Shown here: in pieces, positions 37,584 to 47,390 of the stretch
Layout of the letters: each line of letters starts with the position of its first letter
Position numbering within the stretch: position 1 is the first letter of the stretch
NCBI GenBank assembly: GCA_902826035.1
Contig: CADEDG010000001.1
Location: 38,305-102,304 of the forward strand
Direction: 5' to 3'
Source of the DNA: an uncultured Alphaproteobacteria bacterium
GTDB lineage: Bacteria; Pseudomonadota; Alphaproteobacteria; Caulobacterales; Aquidulcibacteraceae
Length of the DNA stretch: 64,000 nucleotides
Made by a program: the position numbers and the translations under genes
The notes under the pieces: generated by a model
The model's database searches: none
Seen by the model: the letters and a program-made list of their open reading frames with translations, nothing else
Told to the model about the DNA's origin: nothing

Positions 37584-38591
37584 CTAAGGCGCGACGACGA
37601 CGTTCTGCGGCGTTCCTCGCGCAAATGCCTCGATGTTGGCGAGCGTTGTATCGATGATGCGCGCGATTGCCTCTGTCGTATTGTAGGCGTTGTGCGGCGT
37701 CACCAGCACGTTGGGAAATCGAAGCAGAACGTGGTTGGCGACGAGCGCTTTGAGGTCGATGCTGCTCTCGGAATCCGCGCGAAAGATTTCGGCCTCCTCG
37801 CGCAACTGCGGCTCCCGCGGCAGCACGTCGAGGCCTGCGCCCGCGAGGCGCCCCTCGGCGAGGGCGCGCACCAGCGCCTCCACGTCGACCACAGAGCCCC
37901 GGGCGGTGTTGAGGAGCACGGCGCCCGGCTTCATCAGCGCAAGCTCCCGTTCGGAAACGAGGCCTTGCGTTTGCGGCGTTGCCGGAACGTGCAAGGTGAC
38001 GATGTCGGCCTCGGCGAGGGCAGCGTCGAGGGAAGCATAACGAAAGCCGAGGCGCCGCGCGGCCGTTTCGTCCGGCCGGTCGTCGACCGCGATGACATGC
38101 ATGGCAAAGCCCTGAGCGATTTCAATCACACGCATGCCAATGCGCCCTGCGCCGATGACGGCGATGGTCTTGTCTTTGAGTTCAAAGCCGCGAAGGCCCG
38201 CCTGATCGAATCGGCCGCGCCGGGTGCGCTCGGCGGCGTCAGCGATCTTGCGTGCAAGTCCCAGCAGCAGCGCAAACACATGCTCGGCCACGGTGGAGTC
38301 GCCGTAGCCCGGCACGTTGCAAACAATGATCCCACGGCTTTGGCAGTAGCCAAGGTCGATGTGGTCATAGCCGGTGGAGCGCGTGGCGATAAGCTTGAGG
38401 TGGGCAAAGCGGCTCAGCACGCGCGCGTCGAGCCGTGAATAGACGAAAGGCGATACAATCTCGGCGCCGGCATGGTCGCTGGCGGCGGATTCATTGACTA
38501 TGCCGCGTGTGCAAGACACTTCATGCGCTGGCGTCAACCGCAAGCAGGCCTCATGCTCCCACTGCTCGGCTTCGAAGACAGCGATCTTCAT
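37584..38591 (-). CDS. D-isomer-specific 2-hydroxyacid dehydrogenase (D-lactate dehydrogenase-like)
   Basis: RSTGYDHID, VAEH, GAGRIG, LLNTARG, GLDVLPRE and VTPHNAY. Confidence 0.92.
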   Translation of the reverse strand: MKIAVFEAEQWEHEACLRLTPAHEVSCTRGIVNESAASDHAGAEIVSPFVYSRLDARVLSRFAHLKLIATRSTGYDHIDLGYCQSRGIIVCNVPGYGDSTVAEHVFALLLGLARKIADAAERTRRGRFDQAGLRGFELKDKTIAVIGAGRIGMRVIEIAQGFAMHVIAVDDRPDETAARRLGFRYASLDAALAEADIVTLHVPATPQTQGLVSERELALMKPGAVLLNTARGSVVDVEALVRALAEGRLAGAGLDVLPREPQLREEAEIFRADSESSIDLKALVANHVLLRFPNVLVTPHNAYNTTEAIARIIDTTLANIEAFARGTPQNVVVAP

Positions 38592-38712
38592 CTTTGGCCT
38601 TTCGCGCCGGAAGGACGTTGCTCACCGGCTGTTGCGCGTCCACCGGCTCCCAGCCGCTGACCGCGCGCTGGAGGGCAGGCGCACGGCGGGGAAGCGTCGC
38701 CCAAACGGCGCG

Positions 38713-39030
38713 TTAACGCGCGCCGGCCCGCGCTTTCTCTTGGCCGTCCTTGCCGCCAAAGACGACACGTACGACGCCGCCCCAAAGGTTGTAGAAGAAG
38801 ACGAAGACGATGGCGACGAACCAGCCATAAAGGGCGCTGGCGACCAGTCCGTAGAAGACGCTCGGCAAAGTGAGCAGCTCGAATTGCGGGAAGAGGGTCG
38901 CAAGCAATGCGTGCGTGGGAAGACCCGGTAAGAAGGCCCAGATGGCAAGACAGGCGATATAGATTGTCATAAACAACATACACGCGCCGAACATCGTCGG
39001 CAGATAGGCAAGCGGGTGATACTTGCTCAT
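38713..39030 (-). CDS. DUF5676-like membrane protein
   Basis: HALLATLFPQF..LYGWFVAIVFVFFYN; AAGGAG RBS. Confidence 0.72.
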   Translation of the reverse strand: MSKYHPLAYLPTMFGACMLFMTIYIACLAIWAFLPGLPTHALLATLFPQFELLTLPSVFYGLVASALYGWFVAIVFVFFYNLWGGVVRVVFGGKDGQEKARAGAR

Positions 39031-39098
39031 GAGGCATCTCCTTGGCGGCCTCGGGGGAGACCTGCCGAACGTCCGCTGACGCCCGTACTCATCTGGCT

Positions 39099-39123
39099 AT
39101 ACGTGGGCGGGCCGCTCACGCCC
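39099..39123 (-). promoter_or_regulatory. Putative ECF promoter (spacer +1, -10 ACGTAT)
   Basis: Minus strand (A)GGGCGTGAGCGGCCCGCCCACGTAT. Confidence 0.55.
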
Positions 39124-39232
39124 TGGGAAAAATCGCGCGCTTCAGAAAGATGCGCGATCATACCTATGGCGGCGCGGCGAGATTGGCGCAGACGCGCTGC
39201 GGATCGGCCTCTGTCGCTTTGGCGGCAGCGGC

Positions 39233-40498
39233 CTAGATCACAAAGACGGGCGCAAAGCCCCCGCCGGGCGTGCGGAAGTTGGTGGTTTGACCCTGATAGA
39301 GACGCGCGGCCGCCAGCACAATCTTGGCGTCGTACGTGTAAAGCCGCACATCAACCTTGCGGTCTTGACGCACGCCGTCGAACACAATCGCGCGCGTGCC
39401 CGGGGGCGCGAACCTTTGTGCGACATAGTCGCCGGCGAGGATGTCGCTCCAGACGCGCTGCGTGAGCTTATCGCCGCGGTACGCGGCCTTGCTGCCATAA
39501 CCGTGCGCCGGTTTGAAAAACCAATGCTTGCGCTCCGCCCAAAGCACGGGCGCATTGTCCGGCGTGACGCGGCGGGTCTGAGGGATTGCGGCGAGCGCTG
39601 CAATGTCGGCTTCAGATACGTTCCATGAGGAAAGCAACGCAGCATCGCTCATAAGCGTTAGGTTGCGCTTGTCGGCGAAGAGCGCGTGCGCGCGCGGATT
39701 GGGCGTCACGACGGCCGCGCTGGATTCATAGGCCGCGCGCAGTGGCGCATGCGCGCCCTCCGCCAAGGAAAAGTCGACCAGCCGGTTGTAAACGAGATCG
39801 ATCGCTTGGCCGTTGGCGTTGAGGCGCCCGTTGGCGAACTCAAGATCGCGCGCATCGGCCACGATACTCCTAACGCCATGGCGTTCGAGCGCGCGCGCAG
39901 CCAGAAGAAATTCCGGGTAGAGGAATTGCGTGCTTGGATCATTATCGACGATCGCGATCGAGACGGGGCTGCCGCTGCGCCCCTGCGCGCGCCATTCCGC
40001 CTCGATCATGGCGAAGAATGCATCCTCGAACTGCTCGGCCGAGGACGGGGCGATCTGGGCTTCTTCACAGCAGACGCGCTGCGCGCGCGCCAGCGCCGCG
40101 TTGAGAAAGGCGCCGCCAGCATTGGTGTTGACCTCAATCAGCGCCGGCCCGCCCACGCCCAGATGGAAGTCATAGCCCATAAGCACCCCGCGCGGCCCGT
40201 GATCGTGGCGCGCGATGGGCGTCGCCCACGCCAGAGCCGCCGCGATATAGGCCGGGCGGCGCGTCAAACTTTCGATCGCGGCGACGACCTTGCTCATGGT
40301 CTCGATTTCGGAACGCGAGACAAACACCGCGACGTTGGAGAAGAGGTGGGGCCGATTGCCCAGCAAAGCGTCGCCATCAAGCTCCCGCTTTAGCGCCGAT
40401 CTAAGCGCGGTCTCATCAAGTGTTTGGCAAAGGCACGCCCGATTGAGCGCGTGTGCGGCCTCGCCCGGCGCGCTCTCTTCATCGCAACGGCGCGTCAT
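39233..40498 (-). CDS. ATP-grasp-like hypothetical ligase
   Basis: YDFH, LIEVNTNAGG, VYNRLVD, KPAHGYGSKAAYRG, KVDVRLY and TNFRTPGGGF; GAGGAG RBS. Confidence 0.75.
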   Translation of the reverse strand: MTRRCDEESAPGEAAHALNRACLCQTLDETALRSALKRELDGDALLGNRPHLFSNVAVFVSRSEIETMSKVVAAIESLTRRPAYIAAALAWATPIARHDHGPRGVLMGYDFHLGVGGPALIEVNTNAGGAFLNAALARAQRVCCEEAQIAPSSAEQFEDAFFAMIEAEWRAQGRSGSPVSIAIVDNDPSTQFLYPEFLLAARALERHGVRSIVADARDLEFANGRLNANGQAIDLVYNRLVDFSLAEGAHAPLRAAYESSAAVVTPNPRAHALFADKRNLTLMSDAALLSSWNVSEADIAALAAIPQTRRVTPDNAPVLWAERKHWFFKPAHGYGSKAAYRGDKLTQRVWSDILAGDYVAQRFAPPGTRAIVFDGVRQDRKVDVRLYTYDAKIVLAAARLYQGQTTNFRTPGGGFAPVFVI

Positions 40499-40557
40499 GG
40501 TTGCTCCTCTTGCCGCGTATTTCCTAGTGGGCTCGCCCGCAACAAGCCTCACGTGCC

Positions 40558-41055
40558 TCAATCAGGCAAAGGCAGCGCGGCCGCATCATAGATGAACGTC
40601 AAGCGCGCTGCTGGGCGATCTGGGCGGCGCGCCTCGATGGTCAGATGATAGCGGTCGCGCGCAAGTGTCGTGAAACCGCCATAGGCGAGGGCGTCTTCAA
40701 TGCGCATCGGCTCAAGCCGCAGCTGGCGCGCGCCGCGATGGCGTTCGCCGCGCAAGCTCGCTTCGACTGCGGCGTCTTCGATGCGCGCGCCGGTATCTGC
40801 ATCGAACAGCGCGACCATGACATGTGCGTTGCCGCCGCCTACGCCCGCATGCATGCGCCGCTCCGCATGGCTTGGCGCGTGAGTTGCGATCAACGCGCTG
40901 GGCGCAACTCCCAAATAGGCCGTGACGCCATCGGCGGTTTGCACAAACATGGTTTCGTGGGGCCGCGGAGGCGTGCAGGCCGTTAACGCCGCGACCAAAA
41001 GCGCTACGATGAAGCCGCGGCGCAAGCTGACGCTCGAATCCGGGACGAGCGTCAT
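40558..41055 (-). CDS. Hypothetical His-containing lipoprotein
   Basis: Lipobox LTAC; HAPSHAERRMH, HVMVALFD; ATGA overlap with the upstream gene. Confidence 0.7.
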   Translation of the reverse strand: MTLVPDSSVSLRRGFIVALLVAALTACTPPRPHETMFVQTADGVTAYLGVAPSALIATHAPSHAERRMHAGVGGGNAHVMVALFDADTGARIEDAAVEASLRGERHRGARQLRLEPMRIEDALAYGGFTTLARDRYHLTIEARRPDRPAARLTFIYDAAALPLPD

Positions 41056-41621
41056 GATGCTTGGCGCGGCGGCGCCGCTGCAAAGAGCGAAAGGCCAAAG
41101 CTGATCAGGTTGATCGCCAGGAACACGCCAGGGGCGATCATTCCCGAGTGCGGCAGCGCCCAGATGAGCAAGCCGCCCAGAACGAGGCCGAGCACGCCGC
41201 CCAAAGCCATGCGCCCCCACGGACACGATTTGTGCGTACGGTGCGCCAGCGCATGACCAAGCGCGATAAGCCCCTGGGTCATGAGCGCCGCACCCAAGAT
41301 GACGGTGAGCGCGAGCGCGCCAGGCCAAGGATGCAGAAGCAGACAAATGCCGGCGACAATAGCGACCACCGACCAAAGCAAGCGCCAGGCAAAACCCTTG
41401 GCGCGCCAATCCACAATCAGCAGCGCCAGACCTGAGACGCCGGCAGCCAACATCGCCGCGCCAAACCAAATACTGGCCGCGAAGGTTGCGAGTATCGGCG
41501 CAAACGCAGCCGCGACGCCGAACGTGATCATCAAGGCCCCAACAATCATGAACACGATCCGCCGCGCTCCGGTCGATCGAGCGGCGGGGCGAGGGGCGGA
41601 TGGCGTGGCGGCTTCGGTCAT
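41052..41621 (-). CDS. HdeD/DUF308-family membrane protein
   Basis: Six TM segments, with PILATFAASIWFG and PWPGALALTVILG repeats. Confidence 0.75.
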   Translation of the reverse strand: MTEAATPSAPRPAARSTGARRIVFMIVGALMITFGVAAAFAPILATFAASIWFGAAMLAAGVSGLALLIVDWRAKGFAWRLLWSVVAIVAGICLLLHPWPGALALTVILGAALMTQGLIALGHALAHRTHKSCPWGRMALGGVLGLVLGGLLIWALPHSGMIAPGVFLAINLISFGLSLFAAAPPRQAS

Positions 41622-41656
41622 GATGGGGCTCACATAAAGCGGCGTACCAAAAGGTG

Positions 41657-41680
41657 ATACGCACGCTCGCCCGCTCTCCC
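41657..41680 (-). promoter_or_regulatory. Putative ECF promoter of the HdeD-lipoprotein-ATP-grasp operon
   Basis: Minus strand GGGAGAGCGGGCGAGCGTGCGTAT. Confidence 0.72.
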
Positions 41681-41791
41681 GCAAAGAAAAACTCCAGAAG
41701 CGAGATTTAGCGACGTCTCGATAGAGGCGCGCTTGACAAGGCAGGGGCGCGGCTTCGATGTCGTTTGCGTCGGCCGGCGAGAGGAGTGTCC

Positions 41792-42475
41792 ATGTGCTTT
41801 TCAGCTGAAGCGAGTTTCACTGCGGCGGCTTTGCTCATCCCGCTGGGCGGCGTCGCTGTTGCGCGGGCCATGAAGGTTACGCCGAAATATGCCCCGCTGT
41901 GCACGCTGCCGTTGTTGTTCGGCTTGCAGCAGGCGATGGAAGGACTGGTCTGGGTGGCAGGCGGCGGGCCCGATGGCGCCTGGGTCGAACGGTTCTCGCT
42001 CGCCTATATGTTCTTTTCGTGGATCGCCTGGCCGGTCTGGGTGCCGGTCTCCGTCTATTTTCTTGAGCCCCCTCGCCGGCGGCCGCTCTATCTCGCGTTT
42101 GCCGTCGGCGGCGCCATGCTGGGTGGTCTGCAATACATTCCGTATTTCGCGCATGAAGGCTGGCTGAGGACCACTTTCCTCCAGTACGCGATCAGGTACA
42201 GCGACACCCAATTGCTCGATGCGCTCATGACCCGCGAGGCGACCTATCTCTTCTATCTCGTCTTTATCATCGTGCCGCTCCTCGTCTCGAGCGACCGCGC
42301 GGCGCGCATCTTCGGCGTGCTGGTAACGTTTGTGCTTGCCATCACCTATTTCTTCTTCTCGTTTGCCTACATATCCGTTTTTTGCATGGGCGGCGCGATC
42401 ATGTCGTCCTATCTCGTCTGGATGATATTCCAGAAAGGCGCCGACGCGCCGCCGCGCGCGGCAGCGGCGGCATGA
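41792..42475 (+). CDS. Multi-pass membrane protein (DUF6629-like)
   Basis: GAGGAG RBS; MCFSAEASF, QQAMEG and SVFC motifs. Confidence 0.7.
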   Translation: MCFSAEASFTAAALLIPLGGVAVARAMKVTPKYAPLCTLPLLFGLQQAMEGLVWVAGGGPDGAWVERFSLAYMFFSWIAWPVWVPVSVYFLEPPRRRPLYLAFAVGGAMLGGLQYIPYFAHEGWLRTTFLQYAIRYSDTQLLDALMTREATYLFYLVFIIVPLLVSSDRAARIFGVLVTFVLAITYFFFSFAYISVFCMGGAIMSSYLVWMIFQKGADAPPRAAAAA

Positions 42476-42484
42476 GTGCTAGCT

Positions 42485-43606
42485 TCAGGCTTGCGTCGCG
42501 AGAAAACGCCGAAAGCGGAAAAGGCTGAAGGCGAAGAAGAGCGCGCCAATGCCAAGCGTTCCGGCGAAGTGAGGCCACACGATCGCGAGATCGGCGCCGC
42601 GGATGAGGATAGCCTGCGTCATGGCGACGTAGTGGGTGGAGGGCGATGCCTGCATAACGGTTTGCAGCCAGCCCGGCATGCTTTCAAGCGGCGTGTTGCC
42701 GCCCGACAAGAGGTTCATCGGCAGTACAACCAAGATGAAGATGAGCGCCAATTGCGGCATTGAGCGCGAAATCGTACCCAAGAAAATGCCGAAGCTGCCG
42801 GCAAAGAAAAGGTAGCTCGCAACGCCTAGAAGAAAGAGCGGCACAGAGCCCGCGGGTTCGAGACCGAGCAGGCCTTCGACAATGAAGATGAGCGCAAGCC
42901 CCGCAAGCGCAAGGATGACCGCCCCGTTGGCGATTGTCTTTGCCGTCATGATCTCGGCGGCGCGCACTGGCATGGCCAGCAAGTGTTCGAGCGTGCCGTG
43001 TTCGCGCTCGCGCACGATGGCTGCGCCGGCAAGCAGGATGGCCAGCATGGTTGTGGTGTCGAGGAGTTCGACGACGCCGGTAAACCAGGTGCTGACCAGC
43101 GCCTGATTGAACGCCGCGCGAAGCTCTAACGGCGGCGCCCGCGCCGCCGGGCGTCCGCGTCCGCGCAAGAAATCGCCGACTTCCTGATCGAGACTGGCGG
43201 CGATGTGAGAGGCGCCGAGCCCGGCTTGTGAGATGGCGGTGGCGTCGATCAGGAGTTGAATGCTAGGGCTTCGGCCGGCGAGCACGTCGGCCTCAAACCG
43301 CGGCGGGATGTCCAGCGCGAATGTCGCTTCCCCGGATTCCAACAGACCATTGAGTTCGCCAGGCATGACCATGACCGCTTGGCGGAAGTGCTGTTGCGGC
43401 AACATGCGTGCGATGCGGCGGGATAATTCCGATCCGTCTTCGTCGGCGATGACGATGCTCGCATTGCGAATGTCTTGGGCGTTGCCGGTGGCTTGCACAT
43501 AGATCGAAGCGGTGAAGGCGTAAATGACAAAGCCAAGCAGAAAACGATCGCGGGCAAGGCTGCGTAATTCCTTTAACGCCAAGGCAAAGACGATGCGCCA
43601 ATTCAT
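42485..43606 (-). CDS. yhhJ: ABC-2 permease, YhhJ-like
   Basis: REREHGTLEHLL and LLSGGNTPLESMP. Confidence 0.88.
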   Translation of the reverse strand: MNWRIVFALALKELRSLARDRFLLGFVIYAFTASIYVQATGNAQDIRNASIVIADEDGSELSRRIARMLPQQHFRQAVMVMPGELNGLLESGEATFALDIPPRFEADVLAGRSPSIQLLIDATAISQAGLGASHIAASLDQEVGDFLRGRGRPAARAPPLELRAAFNQALVSTWFTGVVELLDTTTMLAILLAGAAIVREREHGTLEHLLAMPVRAAEIMTAKTIANGAVILALAGLALIFIVEGLLGLEPAGSVPLFLLGVASYLFFAGSFGIFLGTISRSMPQLALIFILVVLPMNLLSGGNTPLESMPGWLQTVMQASPSTHYVAMTQAILIRGADLAIVWPHFAGTLGIGALFFAFSLFRFRRFLATQA

Positions 43607-43607
43607 C

Positions 43608-46298
43608 TCAGCGCTCCTGTTTGCGCAGGAGGGCGATGGCGATGGCCAATAGTCCGGCCCAGAACAGCGCCAAAATGCCAAGTTCGCCGGCCAAATCGAA
43701 GAGACTGCGACCTTTAGCGAAGACGCCGGTGCTGACCTGATTGAAGTGCGACGTGGGAAAGAGCGCGCCGATGGCGCGATCGACCGGCTCCAGACTGGCG
43801 AGCGGCTGCATGAGCCCAGAGAACTCTACCGCTGGCACCATGATGACGATGGCGGTGCCGAATACAGCCGCGGTCTGGGAGCGCGTCAGCGCCGAGGACA
43901 CAAAACCGACGGCGCTGGTGGCGGCGACGTAGAGAAAACCCGCGGCCAACAAGGCGATGAAGCTGCCCTTGATGCTCAAGCCAAACAGCAAGAGCGCCAA
44001 GAGCACGAGCAGCAAGAAGTTCACGAAGCCAAGCGCGATATAGGGCAATTGCTTGCCGAGCAGGAATTCGGTGCGCGAGATCGGCGTTACATAGAAGTTG
44101 GTGATCGATCCGAGTTCCTTTTCGCGCACCACCGCGAGTGAGGTTAGGATGGACGGAATCATCGCCAGCAGAATCCCGATCATGATCGGCACGACAGCGT
44201 TGAAGCTGCGGAAGGCTTGGTTGTAGAGGAAGCGCGGTTCGAGCGCATAAGCGGCGCGCACGGGCGCGCCGGGCCCAGCTGCGGCGGCGATCGCTCGCCG
44301 ATGTAAGGCCTCAGCGTATCCTGAAACGGTTTCGGCCCGGAACGGCATGGCGCCATCGACCCAGGCGCCGATTGGGGGCGCCCCTCCTGAAGCAAGCGTA
44401 CGCCCAAATCCCGGCGGGATATCGAGCACGAGCGTCGCCCGGTTGCTGCGCAGCGCCTGCTCGATGGCGCGGTCGTCGTTGAGCGCCGCTCTCAGTTCAA
44501 AATAAGGGGAGGAGGCGAATTCTTCGACGTAAGCGCGGCTCGCCGGGGTGCGGTCGCGGTCGATGACGGCAAGCGAAACATCCTCGACGTTGAAGGAAAT
44601 GCCGTAACCAAAGGCCAAAGCCAGAACGAGCGTGCCGGCAAGCGCCATCGCAAAGCGCACCGGCTCGCGCAGCATTTCCAGAATTTCGCGCCGCGCCACG
44701 GCGAGCAATCGCGCCGCTCGTTTCGGCCTCTTCGTGCTCGCGCTGGTGATGAGCGCCGAGAGCGTATCGGTCGGCGGGTCGCCGGCGCCGCCGATCTGCA
44801 TGAAGCGCACGAAAGCGTCTTCGAGGGTTGCAGCGCTTTGGCTCTGTCGGAGTTCGTCTGGCGCGCCCTCGGCGATGACGCGGCCCGCATGCATGAAGGC
44901 GATCCGATCGCAACGTTCCGCCTCAGTCATGAAATGGGTGGAGATAAAGATCGTTACCTGCTGATCACGGGCCAATCTCTCGATCTCTTGCCAGAACGTC
45001 TCGCGCGCTGCCGGGTCGACGCCCGAAGTTGGCTCGTCGAGGATAAGCACTTCTGGTTCGTGCAGGACCGCGATCGCCAGCGACAGGCGCTGGCGGACGC
45101 CAAGCGGCAAGCCTCCCGCGACGGCGCCGGTGTGTTCGATGAGGCCGAATTGGTGCGTAAGCGCGGTGATCCGCGCCGCGCCGCTATCGCGACCAAGGCC
45201 AAACAGTTCTGCGTGCAGATTGAGATTCTGCTGCACGGTCAGTTCGCCATAAAGCGAAAAGCCCTGAGACATGTAGCCAACGCGTCTGCGCGTGGCGAGA
45301 TCGCGCGCATCGACGAGGCGGCCCAACATACGGGCCTCGCCCGCGCTCGCGGGCAAGAGCCCAGTGAGCATTTTCATCGTCGTCGTCTTGCCGCACCCGT
45401 TTGAGCCTAAGAAGCCGTAGATCTCACCCCGGCGGACGCTGAATTCCACCCGATCGACCGCCACGAACGCGCCGAAACGGCGGGTCAATCCATGCGCCTC
45501 GACAGAAATTGGCGCGTCAGGCGCTGGCGGGCGCCGCATAATTCGGTCTGGAACTTGAGCGCCCGTCAAGGTCATGAACAGCGCCTCCATCGAGGCCGCG
45601 CCGTGTTCAGATTTCAAATGCGCCGGCGCGCCATCGGCGATGATGCGGCCGGCTTGCATCAAGACGACGCGCCCGAAGCGCTCTGCTTCATCGAGATACG
45701 AGGTCGCGACGATGAGCGCCATGGCCGGGCGGGCGCCGCGAATGGCGGATACCAGATCCCAGAACTGGCGGCGCGACAGCGGATCGACGCCGGTCGTTGG
45801 TTCATCCAAGATCAGAATGTCAGGGTCGTGCACCAACGCGCAGCACAGGCCGAGCTTCTGCTTCATGCCGCCGGAGAGTTTTCCGGCCGCGCGAGCGGCG
45901 AATGGCGCAAGCCCTAGAGCCTGCATCAGCGCGTCTACACGCTTGGACGGCGCGCCGCCGAACAGGGCGGCGAAATAATCTATGTTTTCACGGACACTGA
46001 GCGTTGGATAGAGATTGCGGCCAAGCCCTTGGGGCATAAATGCGATGCGAGGCTGGACAGAAGTGCGCGCGCGTTCCTTGGTGATGTCGTGGCCAAGCGT
46101 TTCCACCCCACCTTGCTGAACCCGCGTGGCGCCGGCGATCAGCGCGAGCAGCGTCGATTTGCCCACGCCATCGGGCCCGATGACAACCACTGCTTCGCCG
46201 GCGGCGACCGCGAGGCTCACATCGTCAAGAGCAACCGATTTTGCGTAGACGTGACGCACGCCCGTGAGCCGCGCGGCCCATGGCGGCGGCTCGGTCAT
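43608..46298 (-). CDS. rbbA: RbbA-like dual-ATPase/ABC-2 permease fusion
   Basis: Two Walker A motifs (GPDGVGKS, GSNGCGKT), LSGGMKQK, and a C-terminal permease with REKELGSITNFY. Confidence 0.92.
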   Translation of the reverse strand: MTEPPPWAARLTGVRHVYAKSVALDDVSLAVAAGEAVVVIGPDGVGKSTLLALIAGATRVQQGGVETLGHDITKERARTSVQPRIAFMPQGLGRNLYPTLSVRENIDYFAALFGGAPSKRVDALMQALGLAPFAARAAGKLSGGMKQKLGLCCALVHDPDILILDEPTTGVDPLSRRQFWDLVSAIRGARPAMALIVATSYLDEAERFGRVVLMQAGRIIADGAPAHLKSEHGAASMEALFMTLTGAQVPDRIMRRPPAPDAPISVEAHGLTRRFGAFVAVDRVEFSVRRGEIYGFLGSNGCGKTTTMKMLTGLLPASAGEARMLGRLVDARDLATRRRVGYMSQGFSLYGELTVQQNLNLHAELFGLGRDSGAARITALTHQFGLIEHTGAVAGGLPLGVRQRLSLAIAVLHEPEVLILDEPTSGVDPAARETFWQEIERLARDQQVTIFISTHFMTEAERCDRIAFMHAGRVIAEGAPDELRQSQSAATLEDAFVRFMQIGGAGDPPTDTLSALITSASTKRPKRAARLLAVARREILEMLREPVRFAMALAGTLVLALAFGYGISFNVEDVSLAVIDRDRTPASRAYVEEFASSPYFELRAALNDDRAIEQALRSNRATLVLDIPPGFGRTLASGGAPPIGAWVDGAMPFRAETVSGYAEALHRRAIAAAAGPGAPVRAAYALEPRFLYNQAFRSFNAVVPIMIGILLAMIPSILTSLAVVREKELGSITNFYVTPISRTEFLLGKQLPYIALGFVNFLLLVLLALLLFGLSIKGSFIALLAAGFLYVAATSAVGFVSSALTRSQTAAVFGTAIVIMVPAVEFSGLMQPLASLEPVDRAIGALFPTSHFNQVSTGVFAKGRSLFDLAGELGILALFWAGLLAIAIALLRKQER

Positions 46299-47326
46299 GA
46301 GCGCGGCGTGTCGGGGAAGCGGCGCGTCCATTCTGACTGCAGCCGCGCAGGCCAGCGCGCATCCGGTCTCAATTGAATATAGGCCACGCCGGTCACGCCG
46401 ACATTGAGCCGATCGGGCCGCGATTGCGTCAGCTCATCGGGAATACGCACGCGCACGCGATACATGAGATTATCGCGCTCGCCGCGCGTCTCCACCTGCC
46501 GCGGCGTGAATTGCGCTTCAGGCGAAATGAACGAGACCCGCGCCGGCAGGGGAGCGTCTGCTTGGGCGTCGAGCACAATCCGCGCCGGCGCGCCCATTGC
46601 CAGCGCCCCTGCCTCCCGTGTGGGCAAGAATACGGTCATGTAAATGTCGGAGGTGTCGAGCAAAGTGGCGATCGGTCCCCCGGCGTTGATGAGTTCGCCG
46701 GACTCAGCCAGCCGATAGAGCACGCGCCCTGGACGCGGGGCGAGCAAGGTGGCTTCGCGGATCTGCTCCCTGATGCGGTCAGCCTCGGCTTGCGCAGCCG
46801 CAGTGTCGGCGTCGGCGGCCGAGCGTGCGCTCTGGGCCGCGCGCAGTCCAGCGGCGGCGGTTTGTTGTGACGCGCGCCTTTGATCTAAGAATTGCTCGGG
46901 CGCGAAGCCGCGATGGTGCAGTGTCTCGGCGCGGCCATATTCGAGCGTCGCGAGCCTGAGTGCGCTGTTCTGCTGGGCGATTGTGGCGTCACTGACAGCG
47001 CGCTGTTGGCGCGCGCGCTGGATGCGAGCCTCCGCCGCGCGCAGCGCCGCTTCGAGTTCTCGGGTGTCGAGGCGGGCTATCACATCGCCTGCGGCGACGG
47101 CGTCGCCTTCCTGTACTTGGATCTCGATCAAGCGGCCCGGATAACGCGCTATGATGTCGATCTGCCGCGCTTCGAGGCGGCCATTGGCCTTGGCAAAGCC
47201 GGCTGGCGGATCTGGCGGCGAGCCCAACAGCACGCAAGAACCGAGCCCTGCGCCGATGACGACAATAAAGGCCCCGATCGCCGCCGGCAGCCGCTGAGCC
47301 GGGCGCAAGGGCGTTCGCGCAAGCAA
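46295..47326 (-). CDS. HlyD/YhiI-family periplasmic adaptor
   Basis: NGRLEARQIDI and SPEAQFTPRQVET. Confidence 0.9.
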   Translation of the reverse strand: MLARTPLRPAQRLPAAIGAFIVVIGAGLGSCVLLGSPPDPPAGFAKANGRLEARQIDIIARYPGRLIEIQVQEGDAVAAGDVIARLDTRELEAALRAAEARIQRARQQRAVSDATIAQQNSALRLATLEYGRAETLHHRGFAPEQFLDQRRASQQTAAAGLRAAQSARSAADADTAAAQAEADRIREQIREATLLAPRPGRVLYRLAESGELINAGGPIATLLDTSDIYMTVFLPTREAGALAMGAPARIVLDAQADAPLPARVSFISPEAQFTPRQVETRGERDNLMYRVRVRIPDELTQSRPDRLNVGVTGVAYIQLRPDARWPARLQSEWTRRFPDTPRS

Positions 47327-47390
47327 GGCGTCGAGCCGCCGCTTGATGGTCTCAAGAATTGCGATGTCGGCCTCCCCGCATCAGATAGAT

